Source: Chiloscyllium plagiosum (Eukaryota). Taken from it: 64,000 nucleotides of DNA. Below the pieces are notes generated by a model that worked only from the letters and a program-made list of their open reading frames with translations, was not told where the DNA came from and searched no databases. Location of the stretch: assembly GCF_004010195.1 (NCBI RefSeq), contig NC_057718.1:19544104-19608103 (forward strand), in the 5' to 3' direction. Below, in pieces: positions 25,011-39,200 of the stretch (the stretch's first letter is position 1; the number at the start of each line of letters is the position of its first letter). The position numbers were made by a program, and so were the translations under genes.

Positions 25011-26406
25011 CCCTCTCTATGTCGGTGGTTCCCACGTAAGCCACCCTTACCAGAAGCTTACTCAGTTTTTCTGTTATGTTCTGAATACCTGCAGCTGGGA
25101 CGCAAATCAGCTGATCATCTCTACTTTAGCTGCAAGCAATGGTGTCACCTTCTGCAACCCATTGACTTTACAAACCAACTTCTGTAAAAGTGTGAAAGAC
25201 AGGAAATCACCACCCACTTATGAAGCCAAGATGAGCAATTGCTTCCCTTCCTTGTTCAAAGTTTACTTCACTTCAAAGGATTCCAGTATTGTACCAATGA
25301 AGAGACCCTCATCCTTCAAGGTATCTCACTTCGCGACTTCAAAGTCTGAACTGCTCACACTTATTATTGTGCAGTGATAAAATATCTCAGTATTATGTTT
25401 CCTCATGCACTCCGCAATACCTTGATGGGCAGTGAAACATGACTACCCACCATCCTCAATCCCCACATGTCATTCCCATTAATATAAGATGGAAGAGCAA
25501 ATCTATACTTAACCAATAGTGTCTTTTTGCATTCAGCGAGTTGTTGCAATGCAGTATCAGAATTCCATTATGCACATCATCTTTCCTTATAAGTCAAACT
25601 AGTAAAGCAGCTAGAGCTGAGTGTCAAAGAGAAAACAAAAGCAAACTTATGCACTTTTGGCACGAATTTTGGGTGAGGTTGACAGGGTCAGTTTCCAGTC
25701 GACCAACTCTGTGACAGCAAGACGATGGCAGATGGTTGATAACACCTCCTGCAAAATAAATGTTGACCCTCCACTCACCCACTAAAGCTTTAGTCTCAGA
25801 AATCCGGCTTTCACATAAGGAAATATAGTAATTTTTCACATAATGTTTGCGGATTTAAGCTTCTTGAGAAAATGCCTTTTTTATCAGCAATCTGCTTATC
25901 CTTGTTGCTGAGCTGTCCTCAATAGGACCATTCTTGTATTCACTGTGGCTAAGTTGTCTCGGAGTCACAAGATTCTAGGATCAAGTTCAATTCCAGGGCT
26001 TGAGCCAAAACACCAGGCTGATGCTGCAATGCAGTCCAAGGGAGCGCTACACTATCAGAGCTCTGACCTAAACTGGGAAGCTACCTGCCTGTCTTCATTA
26101 TATTGAAGAAGAGCAGGGGAGATATCCAGAGTGTTGCAGCCCATCACTATCCCTCAATAAATGATTTGTTCACTTTCACATTGCCGCTTGTGGAAGCCTA
26201 ATTTACATTTTTGCTGCTGCACTTTCCACATAACAACGGCGACTACAGTTCAAGTGCTTTGCAGCAGCTAGAGGTCATGAGGGGAGTTAGTCTTTGTTAT
26301 TGTGTCGATCATTTTTCCCTTTATATAATCGTTAACTTTGCCACTTTCAAGTGGCTTGCATCTCTAATGTGAGCTTGTCCAGTCTTCACTACTGGAGAAC
26401 CTCAGG

Positions 26407-26733
26407 TCATAGAATCCATACTGCGTGGAAGCAGGCCATTTGGTGAGCAGGCCTCCGAACAGCATCCCACCCAATTCCTGTAATCCTGCAGTTCCCATGG
26501 CTAATCCATCTAGCCTGCACATCCCTGGATACCATGAGCAATTAAGCATGGCCAATCCACCAAACCTGCAAATCTTTGGACTGTGGGAGGAAACTGAAGT
26601 ACTCAGAGGAAACCCACGCAGACACAGGGAGAATGTGCAAACTCCACACAGACAGTCGGCCGAGGCTGGAATGTAACCTGTGTCCCTGACGCTGTGAAGT
26701 AGCAGGGCTAACCACTCAGCCACCGTGCCACCC
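26407..26733 (-). mobile_element. HE1-type SINE
   Basis: Same head, V-domain and tail as 4581-4888. Confidence 0.9.
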
Positions 26734-27772
26734 CAAGTGCAGAGCATTGCATACAATTACACTCCAATCGACTTTCACAAATTCACGGCTTCTTCACATG
26801 CTCAATTGCTGAATCATGTTAACCTGAGCTCTGCTTCTAGAGTTGGTCATGAAGCTCTCGCCACATGGGGGACAGAGAGATTGCAGTACCATACTAGTGG
26901 AGAGCAACATAATATGCCACCCCATAAAGCAGGCCACCACACAGGAGGGGGGCTGCTGCAACGCTAAGGCAGAAACGACTCATTTTGTGATGCACGATGC
27001 ATAGGAATCTCTCCTGCACTGCACTCCAACCCCAATCTTGCTGCTCTTTCTCTCCAACCAACAGGCAAGTTGCTTACAAACTCTGCCAACACAACATAAA
27101 AACAGGTGACTCTCTGATCAGGAAGGCCTTAACCCATTTGACCATCAGGTTGCTGAACTGATGATGCAACGTGATTATGTAACCTCTGCAGCAGGTAGGA
27201 TTTGAACCCAGGCCTCCAAGCTTGGAGGTAAAGACACTACCACAACACCACAAGAAGCCCCAGTGATATATATGAGGCTGAGCCTGCTCAATAAGGATAT
27301 GCTGCAGGATCATAACAGGCTTCACCACTGCTGCTCACCAAAGACAGGAGCAAGATTACAGATTCCTGTTTGTATCCATTGGAATGGTTTTGTAAAAGGG
27401 CAAAGTGAGCAAGTGCCTTCATGTGTAAGAAAAGCAAAATAGTGCCGATGCTGAAAATCTGAAATAAAAACAGGAGGTGCTGGAGAAGCTTAGCAGGTCA
27501 GGCTGCATCCACGGAGACAGAAGCAGAGTCGTGTCAGATTTGAAGTGTTAACTCTGTTTATCTCTCCACTGACATTGCCAAACCTGCCCCAGCACTCTCA
27601 GCCTGTGTACATATACTGTAGCCTCTGCAAATGTTGCTTATGCTGCAAAAATGGTTGGCCACTCTGACCAAAGGATGAGATAGCAAAATGGAGAAAACAT
27701 AAATGAGCCTCCATTTCAGACTCCTGATCCCAGCACTGACCCAAAGATGGTCTGGGCCATCTTTTGATGGCT

Positions 27773-28179
27773 CGACATGGTGGTCTCCTGGACTGGCATG
27801 GCGGTCTCTTAGCCAGCGTAGCAGTCTCTCAGACTGGTATGGCAGTCTTTCGGTGTGGCAGTCTCCCAGTGTGGCATGGTGATCTCTCATATTGGAAGTC
27901 TCTCGGCCTGGCGTGGCAGTCTCCCAGTGTGGCAATCTCTTGTCCCAGTATGGCAGTCTTTTGGTGTGGCAGTCTCTTGACCTAGCGTGGCAGTCTCTCA
28001 GCCCCATATGGTGGTCTCTTGCCCTGGTGTGGCAGTCTCTCGGCCTGACATGGCAGTGTCTCGGCCCGGTATGGTGGTCTCTCGGACTGGTGTGGTAGTC
28101 TCTTGGTGTGGCAGTCTCTTGATCTGGCATGGTGACCTCTCAGTGCAGCAGTCTCCCGGCCTGGCATGGCAGTCTCTCA
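27773..28179. repeat. Minisatellite of 15-21 bp units (core GGTGTGGCAGTCTCT / GGCATGGTGGTCTCT), resuming at 29031-29058
   Basis: About 20 degenerate units visible. Accounts for the overlapping repetitive ORFs here. Confidence 0.9.
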
Positions 28180-29030
28180 TCTCTTCCACTTCCCGATCCT
28201 CCGCCCTTGAACCCCGCCCCTCCAACCGCCACCAGGACAGAACCCCACTGGTCCTCACCTACCACCCCACTAACCTCCATGTACAGCGCATCATCCGCCG
28301 CCATTTCCGCCACCCCCAAACGGACCCCAGCACCAAGGATATATTTCCCTCCCCTCCCCTAACAGCATTCCGTAAAGACCACTCCCACCGTGACTCCCTC
28401 GACAGATCCACACCCCCCACCAACCCAACCTCCACTCCCGGCACCTTCCCCTGCAACCGCAGGAGGTGCAAGACTTGCGCCCACACCTCCCCCCTCACCT
28501 CCCTCCAAGGCCCCAAAGGAAACTTCCATACCCGCCACAGATTCACCTGTACCTCCACACACATCATCTATTGCATACTCTGCACCCGATGTGGCCTCCT
28601 CTATATTGGAGAGACGGGCCGCCTACTTGCGGAGCATNNNNNNNNNNNNNNNNNNNNNNNNNNNNNNNNNNNNNNNNNNNNNNNNNNNNNNNNNNNNNNN
28701 NNNNNNNNNNNNNNNNNNNNNNNNNNNNNNNNNNNNNNNNNNNNNNNNNNNNNNNNNNNNNNNNNNNNNNNNNNNNNNNNNNNNNNNNNNNNNNNNNNNN
28801 NNNNNNNNNNNNNNNNNNNNNNNNNNNNNNATTTCCGACGCCCCTCCCCCAAGTCCCTCCTCCCTATCTTTTATCTTAGCCTGCTGGACCAACTTTCCTC
28901 ATTCCTGAAGAAGGGCTAATGCCCGAAACGTCGATTCTCCTGTTCCTTAGATGCTGCCTGACCTGCTGCGCTTTTCCAGCAACACATTTCCATCTCTGAT
29001 CTCCAGCATCTGCAGACCTCACTTTCTCCC
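28180..29030 (+). mobile_element. Penelope-like element, 5'-truncated (GIY-YIG endonuclease region plus pLTR tail), spans an assembly gap
   Basis: Peptide PLVLTYHP...CNRRRCKTC...FTCTSTHIIYCILCTRCGLLYIGETGR is the PLE Cys linker plus GIY-YIG motif. Tail carries a hammerhead motif. Flanked by CATGGCAGTCTCTCA at 28165-28179 and 29031-29045. Confidence 0.9.
28901..28936 (+). ncRNA. Minimal type I hammerhead ribozyme motif in the Penelope tail
   Basis: ATTC-CTGAAGA-A-GGGC-TAAT-GCCC-GAAA-CGTC-GATT: CUGANGA and GAAA core boxes, 4-bp helix II, palindromic ACGU helix III and a GUC cleavage triplet. Helix I is weak in this copy. Activity untested. Confidence 0.6.
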
Positions 29031-29725
29031 CATGGCAGTCTCTCAGCCTGGCATGGCCTCAGTGTGGACTTCCAGTGATTCAACACCCAGCGTGAACTGT
29101 AGGTTCGGTGCTGGCATGGACTGAGTTGGAAGCTCCATTATTCTCAACTTCTTATTTTTCTAATTTTCAAATTTATTTCCTAAGAACCTGTACTGAAGAA
29201 TCTGTACCTAGTTGGTGCCATAAGTGGTGACTAGTAGACTTTTCACATACTCATTTGAGTACATGTGACAATAAAGCACACTCAATTCAATTCAATTCAA
29301 TTTTAAATCCCTCCTGATAAGTAGGACAGAGCAGGGTCACCTATCAACAACTACATTACGAGCATGATTGTTTGTTCAGGCCTGCTCCTCCTTCAATAAT
29401 ATCAAGACTGATTGGAATATTCCACATTTGCACTTACCCCTGTTGTACCTTCCATCCCCCTTGGACATCAAAAATCTATCTCTCTCTGCTTTAAAAAATA
29501 TTCAAACTCTGCTTCCACTGCATTTTGAAGAAGAGTTCCAAAGGCTTAAGAACCCATGTGAGAAAAATATTTACCCTTATCTCTGTTTCAGACAGAAGAA
29601 CTCCTTATTTTGAAACAGTGACTCCTCGGTTAAAATGGCAATGTGGGAAACATGACCCCCAATCTGTCTCTAACAGTGACTGAGCTGTGAGGCTAGCACA
29701 GGGTGAACATGTCCCTTGTCAGATA

Positions 29726-29938
29726 CAGGTCATTCTGCTATAACACATGTTTTGTTAACGCGAATTCACTGTAACATGATTAATGAATTGGGGACACTGT
29801 TTCTAAAGTGCAAACTTTTAAAACATGTATTGGCTGTAACGTGCTAACATCGTCACATTTTAAGTGTTGTTTCTAAACCATGATTTTTCTATCATGCGGG
29901 GTTTCATAAACCATCACATTAAAGAAGAACTGATTGTA
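29726..29938. mobile_element. Tigger-like MITE, degenerate
   Basis: TA|CAGGTCATTCTGCTATAAC ... ATTAAAGAAGAACTGATTG|TA, with internal TAACGCG subrepeats. Confidence 0.6.
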
Positions 29939-32759
29939 CATCCACACAGACACACCATGGCAAAAGGTAGTATTCTGAAGATCAAAAATCAAGATTTGAA
30001 TCTTAGTGACCATCCAGGGTATGTCAATGTAATCATTAGCACTTTCAAATATGGAAATTTGGAAACATTTAAAGTGGTAGCTATCCCACAAAGATGTCAA
30101 ATCTACACATTCAATTTTTTTTGAAGATGTTGGACCACTTTAACCAGAACTTTGTTAAAAATGGATCTAGTGTTGTGTCCCAAATAATTCCAAAGGGATT
30201 CCTCTCAGTGCCTGGGTAGAGTGCTTCCAAGAGGTGTTGCATGATAGTGATCAGCTGTTACCTTCAGTAGACATGATTCCTCAGCCTTATAAATACTCAG
30301 TGTCTATCTTTTCATTAGAAATTCCTGAATCAGTGGAAAAGTAAGATTATTCGCAATGAGGATTCAGACTAGCCCCAGAATACCATAATAAGTTGCTGCT
30401 GTGCTTGAGGATAGCTTCTTTTTGTCTCTCCCTTGTTTGTGCAGAGGAAGTTTATGGTGATACATTTAAATTAGAGCTGAACTATTCCTTTCTGAACTAC
30501 CCATGTCAAACAATCAAGGCCCCGAAAAAGGTGCAAAGGAAGTTTGTTATTAATAAGTATGAACATGTGTTGACTCTCAAAACCTCAAAAATCCTTCGCC
30601 AGATGGAGGTTTAATTACTACTTATTGTAAAACAGGGCCAGAAATTAAGAGGAAACTGAAGCAGAGGAGAGGTCTATTCTTGTTGAAAAAGTAGCAATAT
30701 TTGCTCAGATCTTTATACAGGTCCAGTAGTATTGATGGTCAGTGCCACTCTTGCTAGCTCTTAGCTGTGGTTATTTTACACTGGAACTTGCTCCATGCTG
30801 ACTACAAGGGAGTGGGTCCACACATTACTCAGACCAGTTGCTTCATCTCCACAGCAGAGTCACACTAACTGAATGACACAAGTGGCCAATTCAGGCGATG
30901 TGGAGGGGGGGTGGCGAAGAGAGGTGGTTTAACATAAAAGTCATTAGGAGGAGCACTCCTCAGGCACCTTGCTCCCAAACATACTGGCCGATGTGAAAAA
31001 GGATAAATGTTGCATTTGTATAGTGCCTCAGACAACCACTGTCCATTTCAAGATGCTTTACAGCAAATGAAGGGCCTTTGAAGCATAATGTAGGAAACAC
31101 AGGAGTCAATGCACTCAAGCAGCAATGTGATAATAACCTGATCATCTGTTTTTTGTGATGCTTGTTAAGTGATAAATATTGGCCAGGACACCAGGAGTAA
31201 GGCCTTTGCTCTTCATTACCAGGGGAACCTTTAATGTCTATCCAAATGGAAATTGGTTTAACATCTCTTATCTTAAATTGGCACCCCTTTATCCTGAGAC
31301 AATGCCCTCTGATTCTCGACTCTCCCATGAGGAGAAACAACCTCTCAGTACTTACCCCATCAAGCCCCTTAAGAATCCTATATGTATCAATGAGATTAAC
31401 AGTCTTTTTGCATGGACAGTAACCCAGGTAAGCCTAACATCCTGAAAATCACAGACTTGCATTTGTGGGCGTCTTTTGGAGATATACAGCCTGCTATATA
31501 TCTGACATTTCTGCCATTCAGATGTCCCAAGTAAGTTTCCAGATGGAATGGAAACAGCAGGAAATAATCTTGGACACGTTTTATGTCACCATGGGATTCA
31601 GAACAGAAGTTGCTTGATGAGTGGCTTTCAAGAATTTATTATATAACCAGAGAGCAACAAAGCTGCAAGTAGATGATACTAGCCAGGGGAAGAGTGGAAT
31701 TCCTTCCATGCCCACACCAACGTCACATATTCTGCTTATGCTATATAGTTTCACGGAGGAGCTCAGAATATTTACCACAAAGGAAACTGCAGAAATTATT
31801 TGTGCAGTTGACGAACAAATCGGATGGCTAGAAATTCACATTCCCATTTAAGTTCATCTAAGTTTTCCACAGTATTGTTATACTAAAGAAAATAAATTCT
31901 GAATTCATCAAATCACACAACGCAGAGGTGTTGGCCCATGAATTCTAACAAAGCAGCATTCAGATTTGTAACGTTAGCTCTGTTTCTCTCTCTGACCTGT
32001 CGAGTTTCTCCAACTCTTTCTGCTTATTTCTTCAATCTCTAGCATCTGTAATATTCTGTTTTTCTGTTATTAAAGGTGGCCATTTGGACTCTCAAGTCTC
32101 TTGAAAGAGATTCCCAGTTCATCCCATATCCTTGCCATTTCCCTATAGCCACATCACTCCTTATTTTCTCCTTATCCTCTGATACTTTTTCCCAAAAAGC
32201 TCAAATCCTGATCTTCAGCCTGTGTGCTCTAGTCACTGACCCTCCTTCCTGTTAATCCTTTTGCAAGCCTTCATCACTTCCGAAACTGGACCTCCTGTAT
32301 AGCATTCATGCTGGTATTGGAGGGAAAGTAAGGACAAGCTGAAAGTCAGAGGTGCAATCCAGTCCCACATGACCAAGAAACAAAAAATGCTGTTGCCTAG
32401 ACTGCTTCTATTACTAACAAGTTAAATAAAGACACAGCTATTTATGGTTGTCAAACATCAACAAGTTACCACATGTTGTTATGCATTTAGTATGGTTGTT
32501 AAGTAGTTACCGCTGATATGAACTTTAGAAGCAGTTGTGTTTACCCCTCTGATCAGGTTTAGATGGGAAGAGGTCTGATCAAATACAAGAGAGTTTTCAT
32601 AACAGAGAAAGATTTAGCTAATGGTGAACTATCAACATCAGGGACAAGAGATTTTATGATCAAAAGGAAGTGAGACAAATCTCAAATTCTTTTAAATTGA
32701 TGTGAGGCTTCAAAACAGGTTACATCTTGAAAGTAAAGTGAAGACGTCTCACTAGGGTA

Positions 32760-34215
32760 GGAGCGAATTACTGCAGATGCTGGAATCTGAACTGAAAACA
32801 AAAACTGCAGGAGATCACAGAGAGGCAGGCAGCATCAACACAGAGAGAAAACTAACAATTTGAATCTAAATGACTCTTCCTCAGAGCTGAAGTGAAGTGT
32901 AGAGGGGGCAGCATTTATGCAATAGTTTGGGGTAGGGGGTGGGGAGGTGGGAGGGTAGTGGGTGTAGGGTGCTGGTTCCTATCACTCCCAACAATGTGAT
33001 TGGGACCCCCTTATCCTCACTTGTCATCCCACTAGTTTCCACATTCAAAGTAATTATTCTCAGCCAACTCTAGCAGAATGCCACCACCAAACACATCTTC
33101 CCCTCACTTGTCCTGTCTGGATTTGCAGGGATCGTTTCCTCCAAAACACCCTAGTCCGTTCCTCAATCACCAACACTACACCGCCTTCCCACAGCATCTT
33201 CCCATGTAACTGCAGAAGGTGCAACACCTGCCCCTTCACCTCCTCCTTGCTCACCATCCAAGGGCCTAAACAGCATTTCACCTGTACCTCTTCCAATCTT
33301 GTGTATTGTATTTGCTGCAATGGGGCCTACTGTACAATGGAGAAACCAAGCGCAGACTGGGAGACGACTTTACAGAATACCTCTGGTCTGTGTGCAAGCA
33401 TGACCCTGACCTTTCCGTGCCCGGTCATTTTAACCCAGTGTCCGGCTAGCATGCCTGTCCTCGGTATGCTGCAGTGTTCCATTGAATCACCGCGCAAACT
33501 GGAGGAACAACATCTCATTTTCAAACTGGGCACTTTGCAGCTTTCTTGACTTAATATTGAGTTCAACATCTTTAAATTGTGTACCATTTCTTTCCTTTCT
33601 TTTAGCTGTTATGTGATCCCCTCCCCCATCCCAGTTATTGTCCTTTCAAGTCTAGTAGGAGACATACCATTGTTCTGCCAATCTCACATTCCGATCACTT
33701 AATACAAACTACTAACATCTTTTCTCCATCAGCACCTTACACTCACTACCCCTCTGAACACAGTCATAGAAAGGCACAGCATGGAAACAGACCCTTCAGT
33801 CCAACTCGTCCATACCGACCAGATATCCCAACCCAATCTAGTCCCACCTGACAGCACTCGGCCCATACCCTTCCAAACCTTCCTATTCATATACCCATCC
33901 AGACGCCTTTTAAATGTTGCAATTGTACCAGCCTCCACCACATCCTCTGGCAGCTCATTCCATACACGTCCCACCCACTGCATGAAAAGGTTGCCCCTTA
34001 GGTCTCTTTTCTATCTTTCCACTCTCACCCTAAACCTATGCCCTCTCGTTCTGGACTCCCCCACCCCAGGGAAAAGACTTTGTCTATTTATCCCTCCACA
34101 CTTCCCTTCAGCTCTGATGAAGAGCCATCTAAACTCACAACGTTAGCTTGCTCTCTCTCTCCATGGATGCTATCTGACTTGCTGTGATCTCCAGCATTGA
34201 ATGTTTTCAGTACAA
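32760..34215 (+). mobile_element. Older Penelope-like element with an inverted pLTR copy at its 5' end, interrupted by a CR1 fragment
   Basis: Degenerate GIY-YIG region (FTCTSSNLVYCICC...RKLEEQHLIFKLGTLQ). 32760-32908 is the reverse complement of the tail at about 34092-34215. Confidence 0.8.
33763..34092 (-). mobile_element. Young CR1 3' fragment inside the Penelope element
   Basis: VWNELPEDVVEAGTIATFKRRLDGYMNRK plus tail. Confidence 0.9.
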
Positions 34216-35289
34216 GTATCATTAGGACACATATAATTCTTTATGATGCTAATTGTTCTGCTTACCTGTTTATTCCTCAGCTCATCCCTACTTTATCTTC
34301 TCCTATCTCTTGCCTCCCCACACCATTCCTATTATGGAAATCAGTGGGATGTTCCCAACACATTCTTAACACTGCTGGTGAAAGCAGTCTCTTTATGGAC
34401 AACTGGGTTGTCTCCCAATCTTTTGTTCCTTTTACTACAGACAGGCCTTTGCACTACACAGGCAACTGGTCTCTTCCAAACCCACCATAGCCACTCCGTC
34501 CGCCCCACAACTTTGTGTGGAAGCTGGTTCTGTGAGCAAACACTAGCACAAATTAGTGTCCTACTGTCTCTGACCCAGCACGTCACTCCAGCAACCCACT
34601 AAGCCTTTTCTATGCTAATATGGCTATTCTATTCACCATATTAAGAGCACAGCACTCATCACAAAACGTGACCCCCAGTTTACCCTCAGTCTGAATAGAA
34701 AATACTTAGCAAACATGAACCAGTGTACTCACTGACTCTCACTTCTACTGGAGTACAATTAACCCAGGTTAGTGCCTTTGCCTTTGAAACAGTTTTACCA
34801 TCAAAGCTTAGCATATAGTTTCAGAGATCAGTACCTGCACTTCACACCGACAGTAATTCCCTTCAAGATAACCACCAGATTTTAGGATGATTAGAGGGGT
34901 GTGATAAGATGCCATAAGTTAATCACTTTCCTTTAACATGGCTGCCAACTAAAATAATGTAACAATTACTTGTCTTAAATAGCCAGGCTCCCAAATAATT
35001 GTCCATTGCACTAGATAATGTTTAACCTAAAGACTTAATACGAATCATAGGGATATAGAATGGTGCAGCACAGAAGGAGGCCACTCGACCCACCATAGCT
35101 TTACCTTTTGGAGTCCCACTCCCTTCAATTTTCATCATGGCTGTGTAAACATCTCCCCTTTAAGCATTCATCCAATTTCCGTTTGAATGCTATTACAGAA
35201 TCTGCTTCCATCTTTTAATCATCGTAACTCACTGTGTAAAACACATTCTCACCCCCCCTGTTGATTAATTTGTTGATTACTATGAATTT

Positions 35290-36205
35290 GTGATGGTTAA
35301 GTTTTTTTCCTTTCCACAGGAAGGAGGTGGATAAGCAGCTCTCAGGCTGATCTGAAGAGGCAGCTTCAGCTGAACGGAATGGACATCCACTGGATCACAT
35401 GCAAATTTTCTCCATTTAAAACCTGGAAAGACTGAAGCCATTGTCTCTCCTCGCTAGCTAACCAATTCCATCTGTCTCCCAGGCAACAACCTAACACTTA
35501 GCCAGTCTCTTCACAACAATGATGTTACATTCGATTCCAAGTTGAGCTCCCAAACTCATTTCCATTTTATCACTGTGACTGTCCATTCCCACCTCTACAA
35601 CACCACCCAACATCCACCCCATCACAGCTCACTTACTGTTGAAATCCTCAAGCAGACCTCTGTTATCTCTGGAATGGATTATCCCAATGTACTCCTGGTT
35701 TGAGTCCCATATTCCACCCTCTGTAAATGTCAGGTCATCTCAAGCTATAGTGTCCTTGTCTTAACTCTCAGCAAGTCCCATTTCCCTGTCACCCTGTGCT
35801 TCATGGCCTACCCTGACTCCTGGTCGAACAACGCCTTGCCTTTCCAATTCCGATTTTATTTCTACATTCCTCCATGGCTTCGCCTCTCCCTAACTCTGTA
35901 ATTCCCTCCACTCCCAAAACCTCTGAGATGTCTGAACTCCTCTAATTCTGGCATCTTGTGCATTTCCAGCATTAGTGACCATGTCTTCAGTTGCCTAGGG
36001 CTCAATTTCTGGCGCTCCCTCCCACATATCTCCACCTCTCTACCTCTCTTTCCTGTTTTAAGACATTCCTTAAAACATCTCTCTTTGATAATTATTTGAC
36101 CAAGTATCTCACGTGGCTTGAAGACATGCTTTATAATGATCCTGGGAGGTGCCTCAAGACATTTCAGAATGTTAAAGGCACTATATAAACACAAGGTGTT
36201 GTTGT
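35290..36205 (+). mobile_element. L2-type LINE 3' fragment
   Basis: Degenerate L2 RT C-terminus (VISGMDYPNVLL-like frame). Tail GTTAAAGGCACTATATAAA...GTTGTTG. Confidence 0.65.
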
Positions 36206-39200
36206 ATATTACAGAACACAGGGAGCACAGACATGAATGGGCACCTATGGTAGCTTGCTCCACAGACAGTATTTTCTGGCAGGTAACAAATATATCTTCC
36301 TTTGTCAGACATAAAGGAAAAAGGGAGGGAGATTAAAAGTGTATTAAAGTGAAAGTACTCCCCAGAGTTAATTTGATCCTAAGATAATAGAAACTAAACA
36401 GCAGTGCGATCAGATTTCATTCACTATTTCATTTAGAGAAGGTACTTTCTTGCTTTGCCAAGTTGAAAAAGCAATGTCACCAAAACATGTGCTAAGAGAC
36501 ACTATAATAAGTGAACTTTGCAATTTTAATTCTCACACTAATTTTCTCTGTTTATTTCCATCAGTTGTCCACCTCTAGCTGAGGTGTATTTTTTTTTTAT
36601 TTCATTGGAAAGTGTTCAAATGGCAATTTTTGGAAAGTGTCAGTTTAAAAATTGTGTTTTTAAACAAAATTATGCCAATCTCCGATTTTTTTAGATTGTC
36701 CACCCAGAATGGACAACAGGCCTACACAATGCTAATGGAAGAAGAACAATGGTACAAAAGCACTTTCTGAAACAAAAATCTTCCAGACAGGAGATGCCAA
36801 TGGACAAATCAAATATTAATGTGTGTGACCCATTTGAAACCCAGCCTTTTTATTTGAATGGGAAATTGAAATATAAATTCCATCTGTCATTAGTGGAATC
36901 AGTTACTCCTACATGTGTATCATTCCAAGCTTTCCCCTCCAAGTCTCCTCATTATAGTGTACTTTCCAGCCTTATTTGGATGTTAACCTTTCAAAGCCAT
37001 TTACATTGGCTGAAGCAATGAGTCAGTCAGTACAGGGTAGGTGGAGTTTCAGATTTATATTTCACTGGGATAATGTAACTACATGTTTTACGAATGACAT
37101 CACCCTAATCTCAGTGTGCAGGTTTAGATCTCCTGACAATGAATAAAATAGCCAGCTTTTTGTGGTGTTGGCTGAAGGATAGATGTTAGGCCTGTGCACT
37201 GCACTGGTGATAACTGCTGTGTTCTTCTTCAAATAGCGTCCACGTGAATGGATCTCAAATCCATATCGTTTCGGAAAGGTGCCATTTCCAACCCTGCAGC
37301 ACTCCGCTGAAGTTTCAGCCTTTAGTTTTGCGTTGCAAGGGCTGGAATGGGACTTAAACATACAACCTTCTGCCTTAGAGATATGATTCCAACTGAGGCA
37401 CAGCTGTCACAATCACCACATAGGTTTAACTTGACATCAATGAAATAGGTGATATTTTGGATGCAATATTTGGCTCACACCCAACACTGGGTCCTAGTGC
37501 AAACTGCAGTGTTAGAAATGAGTGCACTTTAAATAACAAGCTTTAAATCCAAAGGGCTGCTCATTTATTATTGAATGTCTCAGGGAGATTGGGATATCAC
37601 GATTGTTATTAGTCTTGGCCATAAGTACTCTGATATTCTGAAAGACAAATAGAGGCATTGTCCACAGCTTTTCAAGCCTGACTTAAGGAATATTGCATTC
37701 TCTACCTGTATTCATTTTACCTGCAGGTCACTTGGACATAGTAAATTAAACCTCTTTATATTAAGTAAATTTATTGCTTTGGAGAATGTTCACCTTTTTC
37801 CTCTGTGACTGACATATAGTCACAAAGTAATCACCTCATCAAAAGAATGCATTGGAGTCGTCACTGTTTCTTCCAGTCCTGAAATACTCACTAAGAATGC
37901 CACCTAGTGGTAACTTAATTCAAGGTCCTGTTTTGGACCCGACACCATGGCAAGCACAAATGAATGTATTCCAAAATTTATGAAATAAAAACCTTCTATC
38001 ATTTACCTATCTGCTACTTATAAAACAATTGTCCCTGACTTGAAGATTGTGTATTCCCTTAAATTTCAGCCATAAACACAATAGTGTTTTGAAAAAGTAC
38101 AGCTGGCTGACAATTAAATCTTCTGATTTTTATCCTGTAAAGTCAACCAGTTGTTATGCTGCAATAGAAATGTGGTTTACTAATTAGGAATAAAAACACC
38201 TTTTATTTTCAGAGACTTGCCATGGCAACAGCAGTGCACACAAATGCATGAGAACCGCACAGGGGGATCTAGAGGGGGAGGGAAGGTGAAGTGGTCTGCA
38301 CAAAATGGGTGATAGTGAACTGGCAGCATGTTTCTCCACTAAAACTGGGCAGGGTGTAAAAACAGGCTGCTAACACCTGAAACCCATGTCACCTGCAGTG
38401 CTCTCAGTCACAGTGCAATAAGGTGAGATCTTGATCACGCTCGGTGTTGGTGAAGCTGAAAAGTGCCTGATAAAGGGGGCCAAAAAGACAGCACGCTCAT
38501 TTCACCGGGGAGAAGATGGAGGCCCAAGTGTGGGCCTTCAGGCAAAGTCAGGCCCCACTGGGATAAATCCAGGGGCACTGGGCTCCTTACAGCGGCTAAT
38601 GAGCTGAGCATGGGAAATTTGTCTGGCTCAGTGTTGGGAGTCAGTCCACAAGTTTACTTGGGAGTTGAGAGGGTTAAGGCCACAGAATGTGTCAGCACAG
38701 GCCAGTAGCAGCTTGCATGAAGACAGGAAGGGCAGTCCTGGCTCCACAGTAAGTCAAACAAAACTTACCCTCAGTCCACCAGTCTCTTTAATAATCGCTG
38801 CTGAGACCATTGAAGAACATGAGAGACTAGTTGCAGCTTGAGCAGTGCAAGATCTAACTAGTTTAAGTGAATTTCCAGGAAATAAGGGCAGGACCCTCAT
38901 TTCAGCACTGAAATGAGGCCCATTCTTATTGAGGTGGCCTGTGCAAATTAGGTGTGAGGCAAACCCACTCTTAAATCTTTCAGCATTGCACCAATTTTCT
39001 GTACATAAAACAGCACAGTAATGGTGAACTTTGGCCCCAGCAGACATCACTAAGTAAGGGAGTCAATAAAGAATTTTTTACCTTCACTGATCTGGCATAA
39101 TAGATTAAAGGAATATTGTTGCCACCTAAGCAATTTATGGTGCTCTTAATTTGAGAAATTTAATCATTTTACCTGCTAGCTAAGCCTTCATGTTGGACAT

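Noticed and set aside
27558..28258. Long overlapping ORFs with RDCH/ETAT repeats; CRISPR-like periodicity
   Set aside because: Produced by a degenerate minisatellite. No unique spacers, no cas genes, and the context is eukaryotic.
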